64,000 nt of DNA from a virus (IMGVR_UViG_3300028048_000055:32001-96000), one strand, 5' to 3'. Shown: positions 42,178 through 53,689, counted from the first letter of the stretch. Translations and numbers: made by a program. The notes: a model not told the origin generated them from the sequence alone.

Positions 42178-44532
42178 ATGATATTACAAGAAGTTTCTAG
42201 CTCAGTTATAAAGAATACTTATAAGGTATTTACAAAGTTATTATTTAATAATGACGCCTCCAAAGGCGAACAGGTTATGACCAGAAATGGTGAACCTGTT
42301 CTTGTTATGGGTGGTGCACAACAGACTGTTAATCAGTTCTGTGAACGTATGTTGGCGGATGCTTTATTTCATAATAATGCAGATAGGCGTTTCGAACCTG
42401 GAGCTGCTAGAATAGCTATTTCTGAATGCAAATGGAATCCACTTCTTGAACAAAACCCTGATTTAGATGCAACAAAATTAGGAATACTTAAAGATATTCT
42501 TAATTATATAACAGAACATCATAATGATCGTGCTATTATTTCAAATGATTTAAATGGTAAAACATATCAAGAATTATACAATAATTTTGGAACTGCAGTA
42601 AAACAAGCTAATGATGCAAAAAATGCAGAATTAGATAATATAAAATTTAAAAAGTCTGATCATGAATATAAAATAATTAGAATTGATACTTTTGAAGAAG
42701 CTAAAAAATATAATGCTTATACTAATCCAAATTCAAGATGGTGTCTTACATATTCTATAGAAAATTATAATTCCTATCTAAATTATGGCAAAAATACAAT
42801 GTATTTTTGTTTACGAGATGATATTAATACCGTAGAATATAAAGTCGGTGAAAATTGTCCGTTAGATGACTATGGCAAATCAATGCTTTGTGTTATAGTC
42901 AATCCAAGCGGTGAGCTTAGTACTTTTACTACACGTTGGAATCATAAAGATGCAAATGGTAAAGCAGTAGCCGCAGATAAAGGTGTTGGCGATAAAAAGA
43001 CAATCAGTGAACTTATTGGCGCAAATTTTAATAAAGTATTTATTCCTGACGAAGAAAAAGTTAAACATGCATTAGAAGTAGTTAAGCGTTATCATTTAGA
43101 TAATATAGATGATTTAAATGAAGATGATTCTTTATTTGTTAATGAAATAAATAGAAATTTAGAAAATCTTAATGATGAATTAGTAGATGAATATAATCCT
43201 GATTCTGATGAAACTGACCCAGATGATATGAGTTGGGCAGATATATTAGACTATATTAATTGGGATCTTACTAGAGCATTTGGCGGAGATGTTGCTGGTT
43301 TCCTAGACGCAGAAAAATGTTCAGCACATGAAAATGTTTTATTAATATGCACTTCTAATAATTACTTTAAATTGATGCACCCAATAATAGGTCACAATCG
43401 TACAATGGAATCTATTACAAATTGGTGTGATGATATTAAACCAATTCGTACTAATAGAAAAAATGGAATATTTGCAGTAAAAGAACATAATGAAACTTAT
43501 TATAAATTAATTACTGTAGATTTAGAATATGGTGAGTTAAAAAAATTACAATTAGATTTTGAAAATAAAATTTTATTTGCACATGTTCCTAATGACCTAG
43601 CTAATAGTAATGAAATTTTTATAACACTCCCAGGTAATAAATTAGGTCTTATTACATTTTCACGCGATTATAAAACAGTATCTTTAAAAGCAAAAGATAT
43701 AGATTTACCTGAATCTTATATTGTTAATAACAATTATGCAGATTTAATTTGTGGTGAACATAAAAATGATAATTTATTATTTAAAATAAAAAATAATGCT
43801 AGTGGAAAATTTAATTTAATATATCAAAAGCATGGATTTAAATTAGAACTTGCTCCTGAAGATGAATTTGAAATAGTTGATAATGATTATGAGCTTAATC
43901 GCTATGTTGAAGAAAATAATATAGATGATATAACAACAATGAATATTCCATTAATTGTTTATGCTAATGATAAACGATATTTGATTGACTTGAAAACATT
44001 TAAATCTCTTTTTGATAAAAAGGGAAACGTTGATTACACCCAAGATGTTAGATTATTCTTCCGTGCTACAGATGAGGAAAAATTCAGTAGTTTTCGTGAT
44101 GAATTAAATAAACATAATCTTGAAATGTATTATTTTAATAAAGATGGTTCTATAGATATTGGTAAAATTGATAATATATATTGTAGTTTATACATGTATT
44201 GCAGTATGGGAGATGAATCAAAATATAAAGGTAAAACAATAATGTTTGGATATACTGATCCCGAATGTACAAAAATTGCAATATTTGATTTTGAAGGCAA
44301 TATGTTATATAAAAGTGAAGAACCAATAGAATATCTTAAAAATATGAAAACAGAAAATAAAAGACATGTTAAATTAACGATTACTTCTTATGGTGATTTA
44401 AAGTTATCTTGTTTTTATGAACGTTCTTCTTATGTTTTACCTAATGATGTTCTACGAGAAATATCTAAAAATATAGCATCTGCAAAAAATGAATCTATCA
44501 TATTAAAATATGCAGCTTATTTATTAGATTAA
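42178..44532 (+). CDS. large late protein, paralog of 50301
   Basis: WCLT...YFC...YGKSMLCVIVN...TRWNH; C-terminal AAYLL. Confidence 0.75.
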   Translation: MILQEVSSSVIKNTYKVFTKLLFNNDASKGEQVMTRNGEPVLVMGGAQQTVNQFCERMLADALFHNNADRRFEPGAARIAISECKWNPLLEQNPDLDATKLGILKDILNYITEHHNDRAIISNDLNGKTYQELYNNFGTAVKQANDAKNAELDNIKFKKSDHEYKIIRIDTFEEAKKYNAYTNPNSRWCLTYSIENYNSYLNYGKNTMYFCLRDDINTVEYKVGENCPLDDYGKSMLCVIVNPSGELSTFTTRWNHKDANGKAVAADKGVGDKKTISELIGANFNKVFIPDEEKVKHALEVVKRYHLDNIDDLNEDDSLFVNEINRNLENLNDELVDEYNPDSDETDPDDMSWADILDYINWDLTRAFGGDVAGFLDAEKCSAHENVLLICTSNNYFKLMHPIIGHNRTMESITNWCDDIKPIRTNRKNGIFAVKEHNETYYKLITVDLEYGELKKLQLDFENKILFAHVPNDLANSNEIFITLPGNKLGLITFSRDYKTVSLKAKDIDLPESYIVNNNYADLICGEHKNDNLLFKIKNNASGKFNLIYQKHGFKLELAPEDEFEIVDNDYELNRYVEENNIDDITTMNIPLIVYANDKRYLIDLKTFKSLFDKKGNVDYTQDVRLFFRATDEEKFSSFRDELNKHNLEMYYFNKDGSIDIGKIDNIYCSLYMYCSMGDESKYKGKTIMFGYTDPECTKIAIFDFEGNMLYKSEEPIEYLKNMKTENKRHVKLTITSYGDLKLSCFYERSSYVLPNDVLREISKNIASAKNESIILKYAAYLLD

Positions 44533-44608
44533 AAAAATTAAATAAATTTTACAAAGTATCGCTTTTGCGATACTTTTTCTATATTTAATGTAAAAATAAG
44601 GAAACATA

Positions 44609-45445
44609 ATGAAGGTTCTAATTTTTGACATATCAAATTTAATGATGAGATGCCTTTTTGCACAGAAAGTAGATCCTGCAGAAAAAAGATTTGATTTATT
44701 CAAACTTACTTTTCTTGGTTCATTTACAAAGGCATTAAAACAACATAAACCAGATAGAGTTATCTGGGTTGAAGATTCTGAAAGCTGGCGAAAAGAAATA
44801 AATCCAGATTATAAGGCAAACCGTGCAGCAAAACGCGAACAGTCTACTGTTAATTTCGATGTATTCTTCCCGGTTGCAACAGAATTTTTCGAAAGCTTAC
44901 ATAAAGCATTTAGAAATATTCCATTTATCCGTGTGCCCAACGCCGAGGCTGACGATTGTATAGCCACGATCGTGAAACATAAGCCGGAATGGAATATTAT
45001 TAACATTTCATCTGATAAAGACTTTTATCAGTTGTTCAAATATCCCAACTATGCCCAATATGACGCTGTTAAGCATGAATTTGTAGAATGCTTGAATCCA
45101 GAACAGGCTTTATTAGTAAAGATTCTTACTGGTGATAAATCTGATAATATTCCTGGTGTTCAGAGAGGTGTAGGTCCAGTAAAAGCATTGAAGATTATCA
45201 ATGAAGATTTGGATAAATGGATAGATGAACAAGGACTGAGAGAAAAGTATGAGCTTAATACAAAATTAATCTCATTTAATTGTATACCTAAGGAAATCGA
45301 ACTCGCAATCTTGAAAGAACTTGATTCTTTTGAGTATCAAGAATTCGATGCTAAAGCATACTTTAAATTTGTTCAGATGAATGGACTTGTAGAACTTATG
45401 GACAATATGTCTGAATTTACTAATTTAATTAAAGGACTCAAATAA
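44609..45445 (+). CDS. rnh: T4-like RNase H / 5'-3' exonuclease
   Basis: YKANR, EADD, SSDKDF and GDKSDNIPGV motifs. Confidence 0.9.
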   Translation: MKVLIFDISNLMMRCLFAQKVDPAEKRFDLFKLTFLGSFTKALKQHKPDRVIWVEDSESWRKEINPDYKANRAAKREQSTVNFDVFFPVATEFFESLHKAFRNIPFIRVPNAEADDCIATIVKHKPEWNIINISSDKDFYQLFKYPNYAQYDAVKHEFVECLNPEQALLVKILTGDKSDNIPGVQRGVGPVKALKIINEDLDKWIDEQGLREKYELNTKLISFNCIPKEIELAILKELDSFEYQEFDAKAYFKFVQMNGLVELMDNMSEFTNLIKGLK

Positions 45446-46059
45446 TGTACACAAAAGAAATATACGAGATTGACGATATTATTAAACTATTTAAAAGCAA
45501 ACTCGATATTGATGAATTGAAAGATAGACTAACAAAAAATCCATTAAACGAAGGCAAAGGTGCATCAAAAACAGGTGAATCGGAGGAACGACAATATATA
45601 AGCACTGTTCCAGAGCTTAATTTTGTCCATGCAAATGATATTATTAGTAATGACCCAAATGTGCATCTTGCATCATATAATCAGTATGAAGGCGATATAA
45701 TTTATTGTGAAGATAAAGAATCACTTACGGATATGGCAACATTGAAGGAAGCAAATACGATTAATTTCGATATTAAGATTTCATCAAGAGCGCCACTAGT
45801 AGAAGAGAATTCACCATATCCTAAATGGTTCGTAGGATGTATAACAAAAGATTCACTTAAAGGATTCGGTGCACCAAATCATTTCTATCTTTCGTTCTCA
45901 AAAAATTGTGATACTTGTGTAATCGGTGATTCATATTTAATTAAAAGAGATATTCAGCATAGTCAACTTCATTATAAATACACAAAGTCAAACGAAGCAT
46001 TTATAACGTTTAACCAGATGACAGAAGGCGTGCACTGGAAATATCTGTATAAGAGGTAA
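45445..46059 (+). CDS. hypothetical protein
   Basis: coupled ORF. Confidence 0.65.
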   Translation: MYTKEIYEIDDIIKLFKSKLDIDELKDRLTKNPLNEGKGASKTGESEERQYISTVPELNFVHANDIISNDPNVHLASYNQYEGDIIYCEDKESLTDMATLKEANTINFDIKISSRAPLVEENSPYPKWFVGCITKDSLKGFGAPNHFYLSFSKNCDTCVIGDSYLIKRDIQHSQLHYKYTKSNEAFITFNQMTEGVHWKYLYKR

Positions 46060-46568
46060 TGATGAGTAATATAAACTATAGTATGATTGTAGCAGTTTCC
46101 GATAACAATGTTATAGGAAAAAATGGTCAACTTCCATGGCATCTTAAAACTGATTTGCAAAGATTTAAAAAATTAACAGAAAATCATGTTATAATCATGG
46201 GTCGTAAGTGCTTCAATTCTATTGGTAGACCTTTACCTAATAGAACAAATATTGTCGTTTCTTCTAATCAAGATTTAGTCATACCTGGATGTGTAGTCAA
46301 ACCTTCTTTACAGTTTGCCGCAGATTATGCGAATTCCAAAAATGACCTTACACCATTTATTATCGGTGGCGGAACTTTATATAGGCAGGCTATAAATCTT
46401 GTTAATTATCTATACCTTACCAAAGTCCATACGACAATCGAGGACGGAGATACTTTCTTCCCTGATATCAATATGGATCAATGGGAAATATTGTCCCAGG
46501 AAGAGTTTAAAGCAGATAAAGACAATGATTTCGATACTACATATATGGTTTTAAAAAGAAAGCGCTAA
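46059..46568 (+). CDS. folA: dihydrofolate reductase
   Basis: IGKNGQLPWHLKTDL, MGRK, RPLPNR, IIGGG and GDTFFP motifs. Confidence 0.95.
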   Translation: MMSNINYSMIVAVSDNNVIGKNGQLPWHLKTDLQRFKKLTENHVIIMGRKCFNSIGRPLPNRTNIVVSSNQDLVIPGCVVKPSLQFAADYANSKNDLTPFIIGGGTLYRQAINLVNYLYLTKVHTTIEDGDTFFPDINMDQWEILSQEEFKADKDNDFDTTYMVLKRKR

Positions 46569-46587
46569 TTTCTATTATAAATAATGT

Positions 46588-46923
46588 ATGATAGTAAATT
46601 TTAAAGAAGTCGATAAGAAAATTGAAAAAATCTTAAACATATTGGTCTCCAAAGGATTCTCGTATGAGATTTTTTCGGAAAAGAGATTTAATATAATAGA
46701 TAACAATGTAAATTTCGCTGAAAAGAGAAATATCGGAGTTATTACTCAGTTCAATGATGGTAAGATTTCAGTTAGAATCTATGGCCATAAGAATCGTCAT
46801 AAGCTGAAAGATATTATGAAAGTCAATGAAGTAGTAATTAAACCGTCTGAAGGTGTATCTGATGCCTCTTCTAAGACAACAAAGTTAGTTAATCATTACA
46901 TTAAATCCGTAAAATCATTATAA
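46588..46923 (+). CDS. hypothetical late protein
   Basis: TATAAATA-N4-ATG. Confidence 0.7.
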   Translation: MIVNFKEVDKKIEKILNILVSKGFSYEIFSEKRFNIIDNNVNFAEKRNIGVITQFNDGKISVRIYGHKNRHKLKDIMKVNEVVIKPSEGVSDASSKTTKLVNHYIKSVKSL

Positions 46924-46954
46924 ATAATATAAAGAAATTAGGAGATTAATTACT

Positions 46955-47341
46955 ATGGACTTTAAACAGCAATTTAAAGAATATTATGAAAAGAAGCTTC
47001 AGGAAGACTTAGCTGTCGCCCAGCAGTCAGCTGCAGAACAGAGTTATCAGACTCAGGCGATGAATAGTTCTCTTGATTCTGTCGTATTGAAATATGTCGG
47101 CAATGGCGACATTAAGGAAGGACTTAAGCAGCTTGCAACAGACCTCGGTACAGCAATTTATAATTATGTTATTTCCGACAAGTATGTTCAGGATGAGCTC
47201 TTCAATGCCCCGGATGACAAGGCTAAGTATGTTAACTTAATGACTCAGAAGATTCAGCAAGGTGCTTGTACAACTCTCGTTGACCTCTTGCGTCATATGG
47301 CCGTTGATATCTCTAACGCCAAGAATACTATTACTAAGTAA
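46955..47341 (+). CDS. hypothetical late protein
   Basis: TATAAATA and AGGAG SD. Confidence 0.75.
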   Translation: MDFKQQFKEYYEKKLQEDLAVAQQSAAEQSYQTQAMNSSLDSVVLKYVGNGDIKEGLKQLATDLGTAIYNYVISDKYVQDELFNAPDDKAKYVNLMTQKIQQGACTTLVDLLRHMAVDISNAKNTITK

Positions 47342-47709
47342 TATTCAAAATAACTTTATAAATAAACGGTGTAAAAACCGTTTATTTTTTCTATATTTGT
47401 GAACAGTGTTTTATAAACAGATGGTGAATCTTTTAAATATTTGCAATTATACAAAACTGTCGCCACTTTTTTATATGAAAAATATAAAATCTAACGAGGT
47501 GACAGGTGATTTTGTATTTGTAGATTTATTAAGGCACAAAATTGATGTTCTATCTATAAAGGATAAATTTTTATGGTTTAAATGTAAACCAAAACTTATC
47601 AAGAAAGAACAACAATTTCTTACACTTTCTGAATTTAAAAGACTCCTGGTTCATAATAAAAAAGTAGAAGAAGAATTTATAGATAAATATATAGACTGGG
47701 AGAATAGAA

Positions 47710-47931
47710 ATGAATCCTTATGAACAATACATGTATAATGGTTCTTTGATAGAAAGTGTAAAAGATACTTTATTAAAATATGGCTATGTTTATGATGAAC
47801 ATCATGGCTGGTATAATGAGAATGAAAAATTCCTATCAGAAGATCAAAAGCGAATTGCTAGAATCGGAATCGAAAAGATGAAGAAAGCAGTCGAAGAAAA
47901 TAATAAGCTTATTAAAGAATTGAAACTTTAA
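47710..47931 (+). CDS. hypothetical protein
   Basis: GGGAG SD. Confidence 0.6.
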   Translation: MNPYEQYMYNGSLIESVKDTLLKYGYVYDEHHGWYNENEKFLSEDQKRIARIGIEKMKKAVEENNKLIKELKL

Positions 47932-47963
47932 ATTAAAAACCCCAGATTATTCTGGGGTATTTT

Positions 47964-48431
47964 TTATGCATTTTTAATTTCAGCTTTCATAAGTCGTTTC
48001 TTGTTATTATCAAGGTCATCAGAACCCCAATGGTCTTTTCCACCGCCAAATATTTCAAGACACTTATCAGCTATTCCAGCCTTAAATCTACTTATACCGC
48101 TACATCTCCAGATGCCTCGAATAAAATCGTCAGCTTCTTCCCTTGAAAATATTCCAAGACCTTTTAATGTATAAAGACAGTCATGAACAATGGCTCCACA
48201 ATTATACTTCATGTTCTTAGAATCCCATTTAGGAAGGAACCAAGTAAAAGCAGACGGAATAGAAGCACCGTCAGTTCTGAAACCTCTATACAAAGATAAA
48301 ACAAGTTTATAAGTCTTGTCCTTTTTTATATATGTAACTATTATATTTGCAGGATTCATGAATGTATAAATTCCATTTTCCTTGCTTGTCATTATTTGTG
48401 AGTAGTTGATACTCTTTACTGTAATCGCCAT
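47964..48431 (-). CDS. DUF1353 family protein
   Basis: GFRTDGASIP...AIVHDCLY...SREEAD. Confidence 0.85.
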   Translation of the reverse strand: MAITVKSINYSQIMTSKENGIYTFMNPANIIVTYIKKDKTYKLVLSLYRGFRTDGASIPSAFTWFLPKWDSKNMKYNCGAIVHDCLYTLKGLGIFSREEADDFIRGIWRCSGISRFKAGIADKCLEIFGGGKDHWGSDDLDNNKKRLMKAEIKNA

Positions 48432-48478
48432 ATTATACCTCCTTTGTGGCCCTCTATATTATTTATTATAAATAAGAT

Positions 48479-49033
48479 ATGTTGAGTTTTACAGAATATA
48501 AGCAGCAATATAGTAGATATTTGAACCTTGTGGTCAAGTATTTACAAACTTACTTGTTGATAACATATCTTGGTAATTATGATATTCTACATGATAAGAA
48601 TGGCCGAAAGAATCCGAAATATCATCAGGCTACAAAGTTCCTTGACTATATGTTCTATGATGCATATAAGGATAGAACTATGGAAAACTTACTTAGCCGA
48701 GAAGGCACAGCAGTAAGGGAAGATGTTCCAGATGAATATCCGTATTATCATTTCTATGACCCAACACATCTTGATCAGATATTCCTTAGTGAGACACTTA
48801 TAAAGAACACATGGTTGCGTTTTAGACAGTTTATAGACCACGATTACTTTAGGGTAATAGAAACTTGTATGTCAGAATATAAGAGTCCAGAAACGTGTTA
48901 TATGGAGATTCTAGGACTATTATGTAGTTCAATCAATTTACCTATGCAAGATGAGTCTAAACCACCTGAAGGGGACGGATTAGATGTAGCTGATGAATAT
49001 AACGAAGAAATTCCTCCTGACGGTAATAAATAA
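48479..49033 (+). CDS. hypothetical late protein
   Basis: TATAAATA-N4-ATG. Confidence 0.7.
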   Translation: MLSFTEYKQQYSRYLNLVVKYLQTYLLITYLGNYDILHDKNGRKNPKYHQATKFLDYMFYDAYKDRTMENLLSREGTAVREDVPDEYPYYHFYDPTHLDQIFLSETLIKNTWLRFRQFIDHDYFRVIETCMSEYKSPETCYMEILGLLCSSINLPMQDESKPPEGDGLDVADEYNEEIPPDGNK

Positions 49034-49051
49034 TATAAAGTAGGAGAATTT

Positions 49052-49366
49052 ATGACAATTAACGAAGCAAAACGAATTCTTAAAGAAAATGGCTACCTTG
49101 TAGAAGATACAAACAAAACAGAGATTGACTGTAGTAATTGGCACTGGGTAAAGTCAATGTCTAGTTATAACAATAATTACTATTACGATACTTTGAGTGA
49201 TGTTGAATTTTATCTTGAAGAATGCGATGAAGATTATGGAGATTATCTTTATTACGCCTGCGATAAATCAGGAAAGAAGCTAAAATACCTAGGATATACA
49301 AATCGTGAAGGTAGTGTTGAAAACTGTGAAGGTAAACTTGTATTAGACCCAAGTATGCCTACATAA
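49052..49366 (+). CDS. hypothetical protein with MxxxEAKxIL..NGY N-terminus
   Basis: AGGAG SD; shared N-terminal motif. Confidence 0.7.
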   Translation: MTINEAKRILKENGYLVEDTNKTEIDCSNWHWVKSMSSYNNNYYYDTLSDVEFYLEECDEDYGDYLYYACDKSGKKLKYLGYTNREGSVENCEGKLVLDPSMPT

Positions 49367-49531
49367 ATAAAGTAGTTTATTATTAGTGAGTGAATTTATG
49401 AAAGAAGAAAAACATTTTTGTGGCACTACTTGTGCGAATCCCGAAGTTAATGGTAATAAGGCAGATGCGGCTTGGAAACAAGTACCGATGTATAAACCTA
49501 GTTTATGGACTAGATTTATTTGGTGGTTAAT

Positions 49532-49831
49532 ATGAAGTTAGAAGAAGCTAAACAAATCCTTAATGATAATGGCTATCAGATTAATGAAATGATTGGTCCA
49601 TTTATGTTACAGGATTATACAGCTACATTTACAAATTCCGATTCTGGCGAAACTGTAGAAAAGAAAGTTAAAGCCTTTAATTTAGTTAACGCTGCTGAAC
49701 TTGCAAATAAGTATAGGCTCAAAGATGAAGATTTATCTTGTCATTATTCATTAACTAAGGTTGAATTAATCCCTGGCACATATAGATCAATGACTAATGA
49801 TGATCTTGAAGGTGATCCGGTAGGCGATTAA
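49532..49831 (+). CDS. hypothetical protein with MxxxEAKxIL..NGY N-terminus
   Basis: shared N-terminal motif. Confidence 0.7.
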   Translation: MKLEEAKQILNDNGYQINEMIGPFMLQDYTATFTNSDSGETVEKKVKAFNLVNAAELANKYRLKDEDLSCHYSLTKVELIPGTYRSMTNDDLEGDPVGD

Positions 49832-49909
49832 TCCTAGTATAAAAAATTCAAATATAAAACGTTAATTAATTTTAACGTTTTATTTTTTATTATATTTGTT
49901 TTTACATTT

Positions 49910-50260
49910 TTGAAGTCTATTTCCTCGGAGCGAAGACCAACTCAATGGAATTGTCGGTAGAGGGATAGCCGTTTCGCATGGAAATAGTCATGCGGGTTAA
50001 AAACTATGCAGTTTTTAATAACGAATCGGCAAATTGTCAAATTGACATGTCACGGTTAACGAAAATCTATTATCGAAGTATAATTATAGCAGAATTATAC
50101 ACTTAGCCGCCCTTGGTAGTATTAGGATGTAGCTGGAATACAGGAGGACCGATCCATAAGCCTAATATATAAATCCCGATGGTCGAAGACGATAGTCGTC
50201 TTCTAGCCTATCTTCCTGGATAGGCTCAAAGTCTCTGACGATAATTTTGACGTATGAGTA
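49910..50260 (+). ncRNA. unidentified ~350-nt structured non-coding region
   Basis: no long ORF, GC above background, many short inverted repeats. Confidence 0.45.
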
Positions 50261-50300
50261 TAAGAAGATATAAATATATAAAATAATTTAAAAGGATTTT

Positions 50301-53294
50301 ATGAACTCAATTCTTGATATTGCTGCACAATTCTTAAGTGAAAATACAAATCCCATAATGGAATCTTTCCATGATGAAAGTGTAGACCAAGCTAAGAAAT
50401 ACATAGAAAATAATTATGACGAATTATATAAGTTTAAGGGTTTTCAAAAGTTTGCACCGATAAAACCCAGTAATTTAAAAGAATTTGCCAATACTAAAGT
50501 TAGAGATATTCAAAGATTGATTATCAGTCCTTTTATCTATGCTCCGAGAAACGAGCTTAAATGGATGAATTCATATGTCTTAGGTCTTACAAGAATTATG
50601 TATAAGGACCTTTTATATGATAAACCGAAATTTAAAAAGAATTTACTTCAAGATTTAAAAAAGATATATTTAACTGCAGTATATGCTAGACAAGACGGTA
50701 TCGCTAATGGTGATAAGTCATTAATGATGGATAAGAACATGAATAATCTTTCATTCAATGAACTGAAAACAAAATTCATGCCATTATTTAATCATTATTA
50801 TGATATCTATAAAAAGAATAAACAAGAATATATTAATATCCATACACGTAATGCTACAACAAATACAAATCTTGTAGCAAATACAGCAATAAAATATGAT
50901 GGTGCAGGTAACGAATTAAACGATACTGAATATGAGGAACCGTATCATGAAAATTCTTTCAAGATAGGAAAATATAATGCATGTTTAATTCCTAACCATA
51001 AAGCTGCAGCTACATGGAACCGCTTTACTAATAAGACAAGTGATTCTAACGGGTGTAACTGGTGTATCACAATACCGTCTACAGATGATCACTGGGAAAG
51101 CTATGAATGCGGTAAAACTAGAACAGTCTATTTCTGTTGGACAGATAATTTCCTTAATTTAAACATAAAAGATTTTAATGACGGTTCTGCCCCGTATAAT
51201 GAATGGGGTAAGAGTCTCATGTGTGTAATGGTTAATGATTCAGATGACATTAATAAATTCGTTTGTCAAGTAACATCTCGATATAACCATTGTAATGGTA
51301 AAGGTGAAAACGCATCATCTTCTTTAGGTTTCGGTGATTATTTCTGTGGTGATCCAGATAGTGAAGGTCTTGCTGCAAATCTCGCACAGATATTAGGCTG
51401 TTCTGCAGAAGATATTCAGGAAAAGTTTTTATTTGACGGGGATATGGATGCGTCCAGTGAAAAAGGAGAACAGATATATGAAGATATAGCAGAAAGAATA
51501 AATTATTATTTAGAGAGACATAATTTTAATAATTTAGAAGTCGATACGATATTACCTGATAATTATGTATTAGCTACTTATTCCGATAAGGATTATACAG
51601 TAAATGTATTATTAAAAAATAATACATTAGTACCTAATTTCATATATACTTATATTTATCCGATTTATATAGGCAAGACTATAGATGATTGTATTTTTGA
51701 AGTAATAGATGCAACTGCTGAATATAGTGATCGTACTAAAAATATAGCATATGGTCCAAATGCAGATACTTATTTTGATCATGACATGGCAGAGATAATT
51801 CCAATTTATAAATTAAATAGAAGTTATTCGTCAGAGTATAATGATGAAAAATATAAAACAAAACATAGAATCGTCGCTTTAGCACCATATCATAATCATG
51901 AATATAATTTGTTTGATCTGGATAAAAAAGAATTCATGTTAAATGATGAATTCTTTATTCAGTCAGTATTTGAAAAAGATGGTCAGTTAAATTTAGCAAT
52001 AACAACCGGTGAAAATAGTGCTGAAAGAAATATCAGCAATGTATGTGTTTATAATATTGACACAAAGAAAACATATTATATAAAGAATGAATATTTAACT
52101 GATTTACAAGCAAGACTTGGTGATAACTATTTAAGATTTAATAATGCATATATGTATGCAAATGAAAGTAATGTTATATTATTTGACTTACTTAATATGA
52201 AACCTATAGAAGGTAATTATACTTATGTTCTTGAATCTCGTATTGCTTTTAAAGATTATTTAATTACACTAGATGAAAGTGCTAAAAATTTTGATTATAC
52301 TATATTTTATAAAGGTAACGTAATAGATACATTCCCAGCAAGAACACATATATATTGTCCAAAGGATAATACAAGAAGTACAGATGTATTCATAATTAAT
52401 TATAATAATGATTCCGAAAGCAGAATCTATTATAAAGGTAAATTAATTTATGCAAGCAATAGTGAAACCGATAATATTAAGACTTCTAGAGGCCCATTTG
52501 TAATCGGAAATGTATTATATGTCCGGCTTAAAGAAGAAAAAAATATAACAAATGATTATTCAGCACAAGCATTTAAGCTTATCGATATTAATACACAAAA
52601 AGTAATTACAGAAGATATTTGCATGGATGGAGAATATGCATTAGAAACAGCTGTTCGAAAAGATATACCTGTACTTGCTTTTAAAGTTAATCCAAAAACA
52701 AATGCTATCGAGTATGTCGTTATAGATAATAATGGAAAAATTAATAATTTAAATAACGAAGAAGATGAATTTATTGATTATAATATATTAAAGAGTGGAG
52801 ATAGCACTGTAATTGCATCGGATTCAGAAATTCGTATTAATGATGGCGATGCTAATATTACGATGCAATATATTAAATTCTATTCAAATGCAAAGATAAA
52901 ATTATATAATCCGGATGGTTCTATTTTCTATAAGCCGAATGATGATGACTTCCAGGGATTAAATTATGTATCATTAGCCCCATTAGGTTATGGATTCTGG
53001 CTGTTAACAAGAAAGATAAAATATTCTCGTATAGGATTACTTGAAATACACGATATAATCGATAAAAATGGTAAGCTTATTATCGGTAATACAGACAGTT
53101 CCCCGGTCAGCATTAATATTATTGATAATTTTAACGAAAATGAAGACCTATTAATAACAGCAACAAAATATGCCAAGGATATTGATTCTCGTGACTATAG
53201 TATTTCTAAAAACGGCGAACTTAAAAAATTGCCATACGGTTGGCAAAGCGCAAATGAAAACTATATTCAGAATCTTGCCGCATATTTATTATAG
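50301..53294 (+). CDS. large late protein, paralog of 42178
   Basis: WCIT...YFC...WGKSLMCVMVN...SRYNH; C-terminal AAYLL. Confidence 0.75.
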   Translation: MNSILDIAAQFLSENTNPIMESFHDESVDQAKKYIENNYDELYKFKGFQKFAPIKPSNLKEFANTKVRDIQRLIISPFIYAPRNELKWMNSYVLGLTRIMYKDLLYDKPKFKKNLLQDLKKIYLTAVYARQDGIANGDKSLMMDKNMNNLSFNELKTKFMPLFNHYYDIYKKNKQEYINIHTRNATTNTNLVANTAIKYDGAGNELNDTEYEEPYHENSFKIGKYNACLIPNHKAAATWNRFTNKTSDSNGCNWCITIPSTDDHWESYECGKTRTVYFCWTDNFLNLNIKDFNDGSAPYNEWGKSLMCVMVNDSDDINKFVCQVTSRYNHCNGKGENASSSLGFGDYFCGDPDSEGLAANLAQILGCSAEDIQEKFLFDGDMDASSEKGEQIYEDIAERINYYLERHNFNNLEVDTILPDNYVLATYSDKDYTVNVLLKNNTLVPNFIYTYIYPIYIGKTIDDCIFEVIDATAEYSDRTKNIAYGPNADTYFDHDMAEIIPIYKLNRSYSSEYNDEKYKTKHRIVALAPYHNHEYNLFDLDKKEFMLNDEFFIQSVFEKDGQLNLAITTGENSAERNISNVCVYNIDTKKTYYIKNEYLTDLQARLGDNYLRFNNAYMYANESNVILFDLLNMKPIEGNYTYVLESRIAFKDYLITLDESAKNFDYTIFYKGNVIDTFPARTHIYCPKDNTRSTDVFIINYNNDSESRIYYKGKLIYASNSETDNIKTSRGPFVIGNVLYVRLKEEKNITNDYSAQAFKLIDINTQKVITEDICMDGEYALETAVRKDIPVLAFKVNPKTNAIEYVVIDNNGKINNLNNEEDEFIDYNILKSGDSTVIASDSEIRINDGDANITMQYIKFYSNAKIKLYNPDGSIFYKPNDDDFQGLNYVSLAPLGYGFWLLTRKIKYSRIGLLEIHDIIDKNGKLIIGNTDSSPVSINIIDNFNENEDLLITATKYAKDIDSRDYSISKNGELKKLPYGWQSANENYIQNLAAYLL

Positions 53295-53350
53295 GGGTTT
53301 ACATTAATCTTTAAATTTACTATATTTAATTATCAAAATAGGTGAAAGTT

Positions 53351-53689
53351 ATGTTTAAAAAATTCTTTAAAAAGATTTTTACAAAAGCTACAGCTAAATT
53401 TAGTGGACGATGTAAGCTTATTGATGCTGAACTTGATACATATTTCTATTATCTTGCAGCAGAAAATATATCGTTAGACGAACTAGATGACTTTTTAGGG
53501 AATTACTTTGATTATGATTTTTATGGAGGTGGTATAGTTATATGGCCAGATCCATATAATAAAGTTTATATTCACAAACCTTATTTCTTCCCGTTTAATA
53601 CATATATTGTTAAATACATATATGAAAATGAAATAATACTAAAATGTTATTCCGTTTCTGAATTTAAAAAAATATACCGGATTGTTTAA
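53351..53689 (+). CDS. hypothetical protein
   Basis: ORF after a TTTACA/TATATT promoter. Confidence 0.6.
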   Translation: MFKKFFKKIFTKATAKFSGRCKLIDAELDTYFYYLAAENISLDELDDFLGNYFDYDFYGGGIVIWPDPYNKVYIHKPYFFPFNTYIVKYIYENEIILKCYSVSEFKKIYRIV

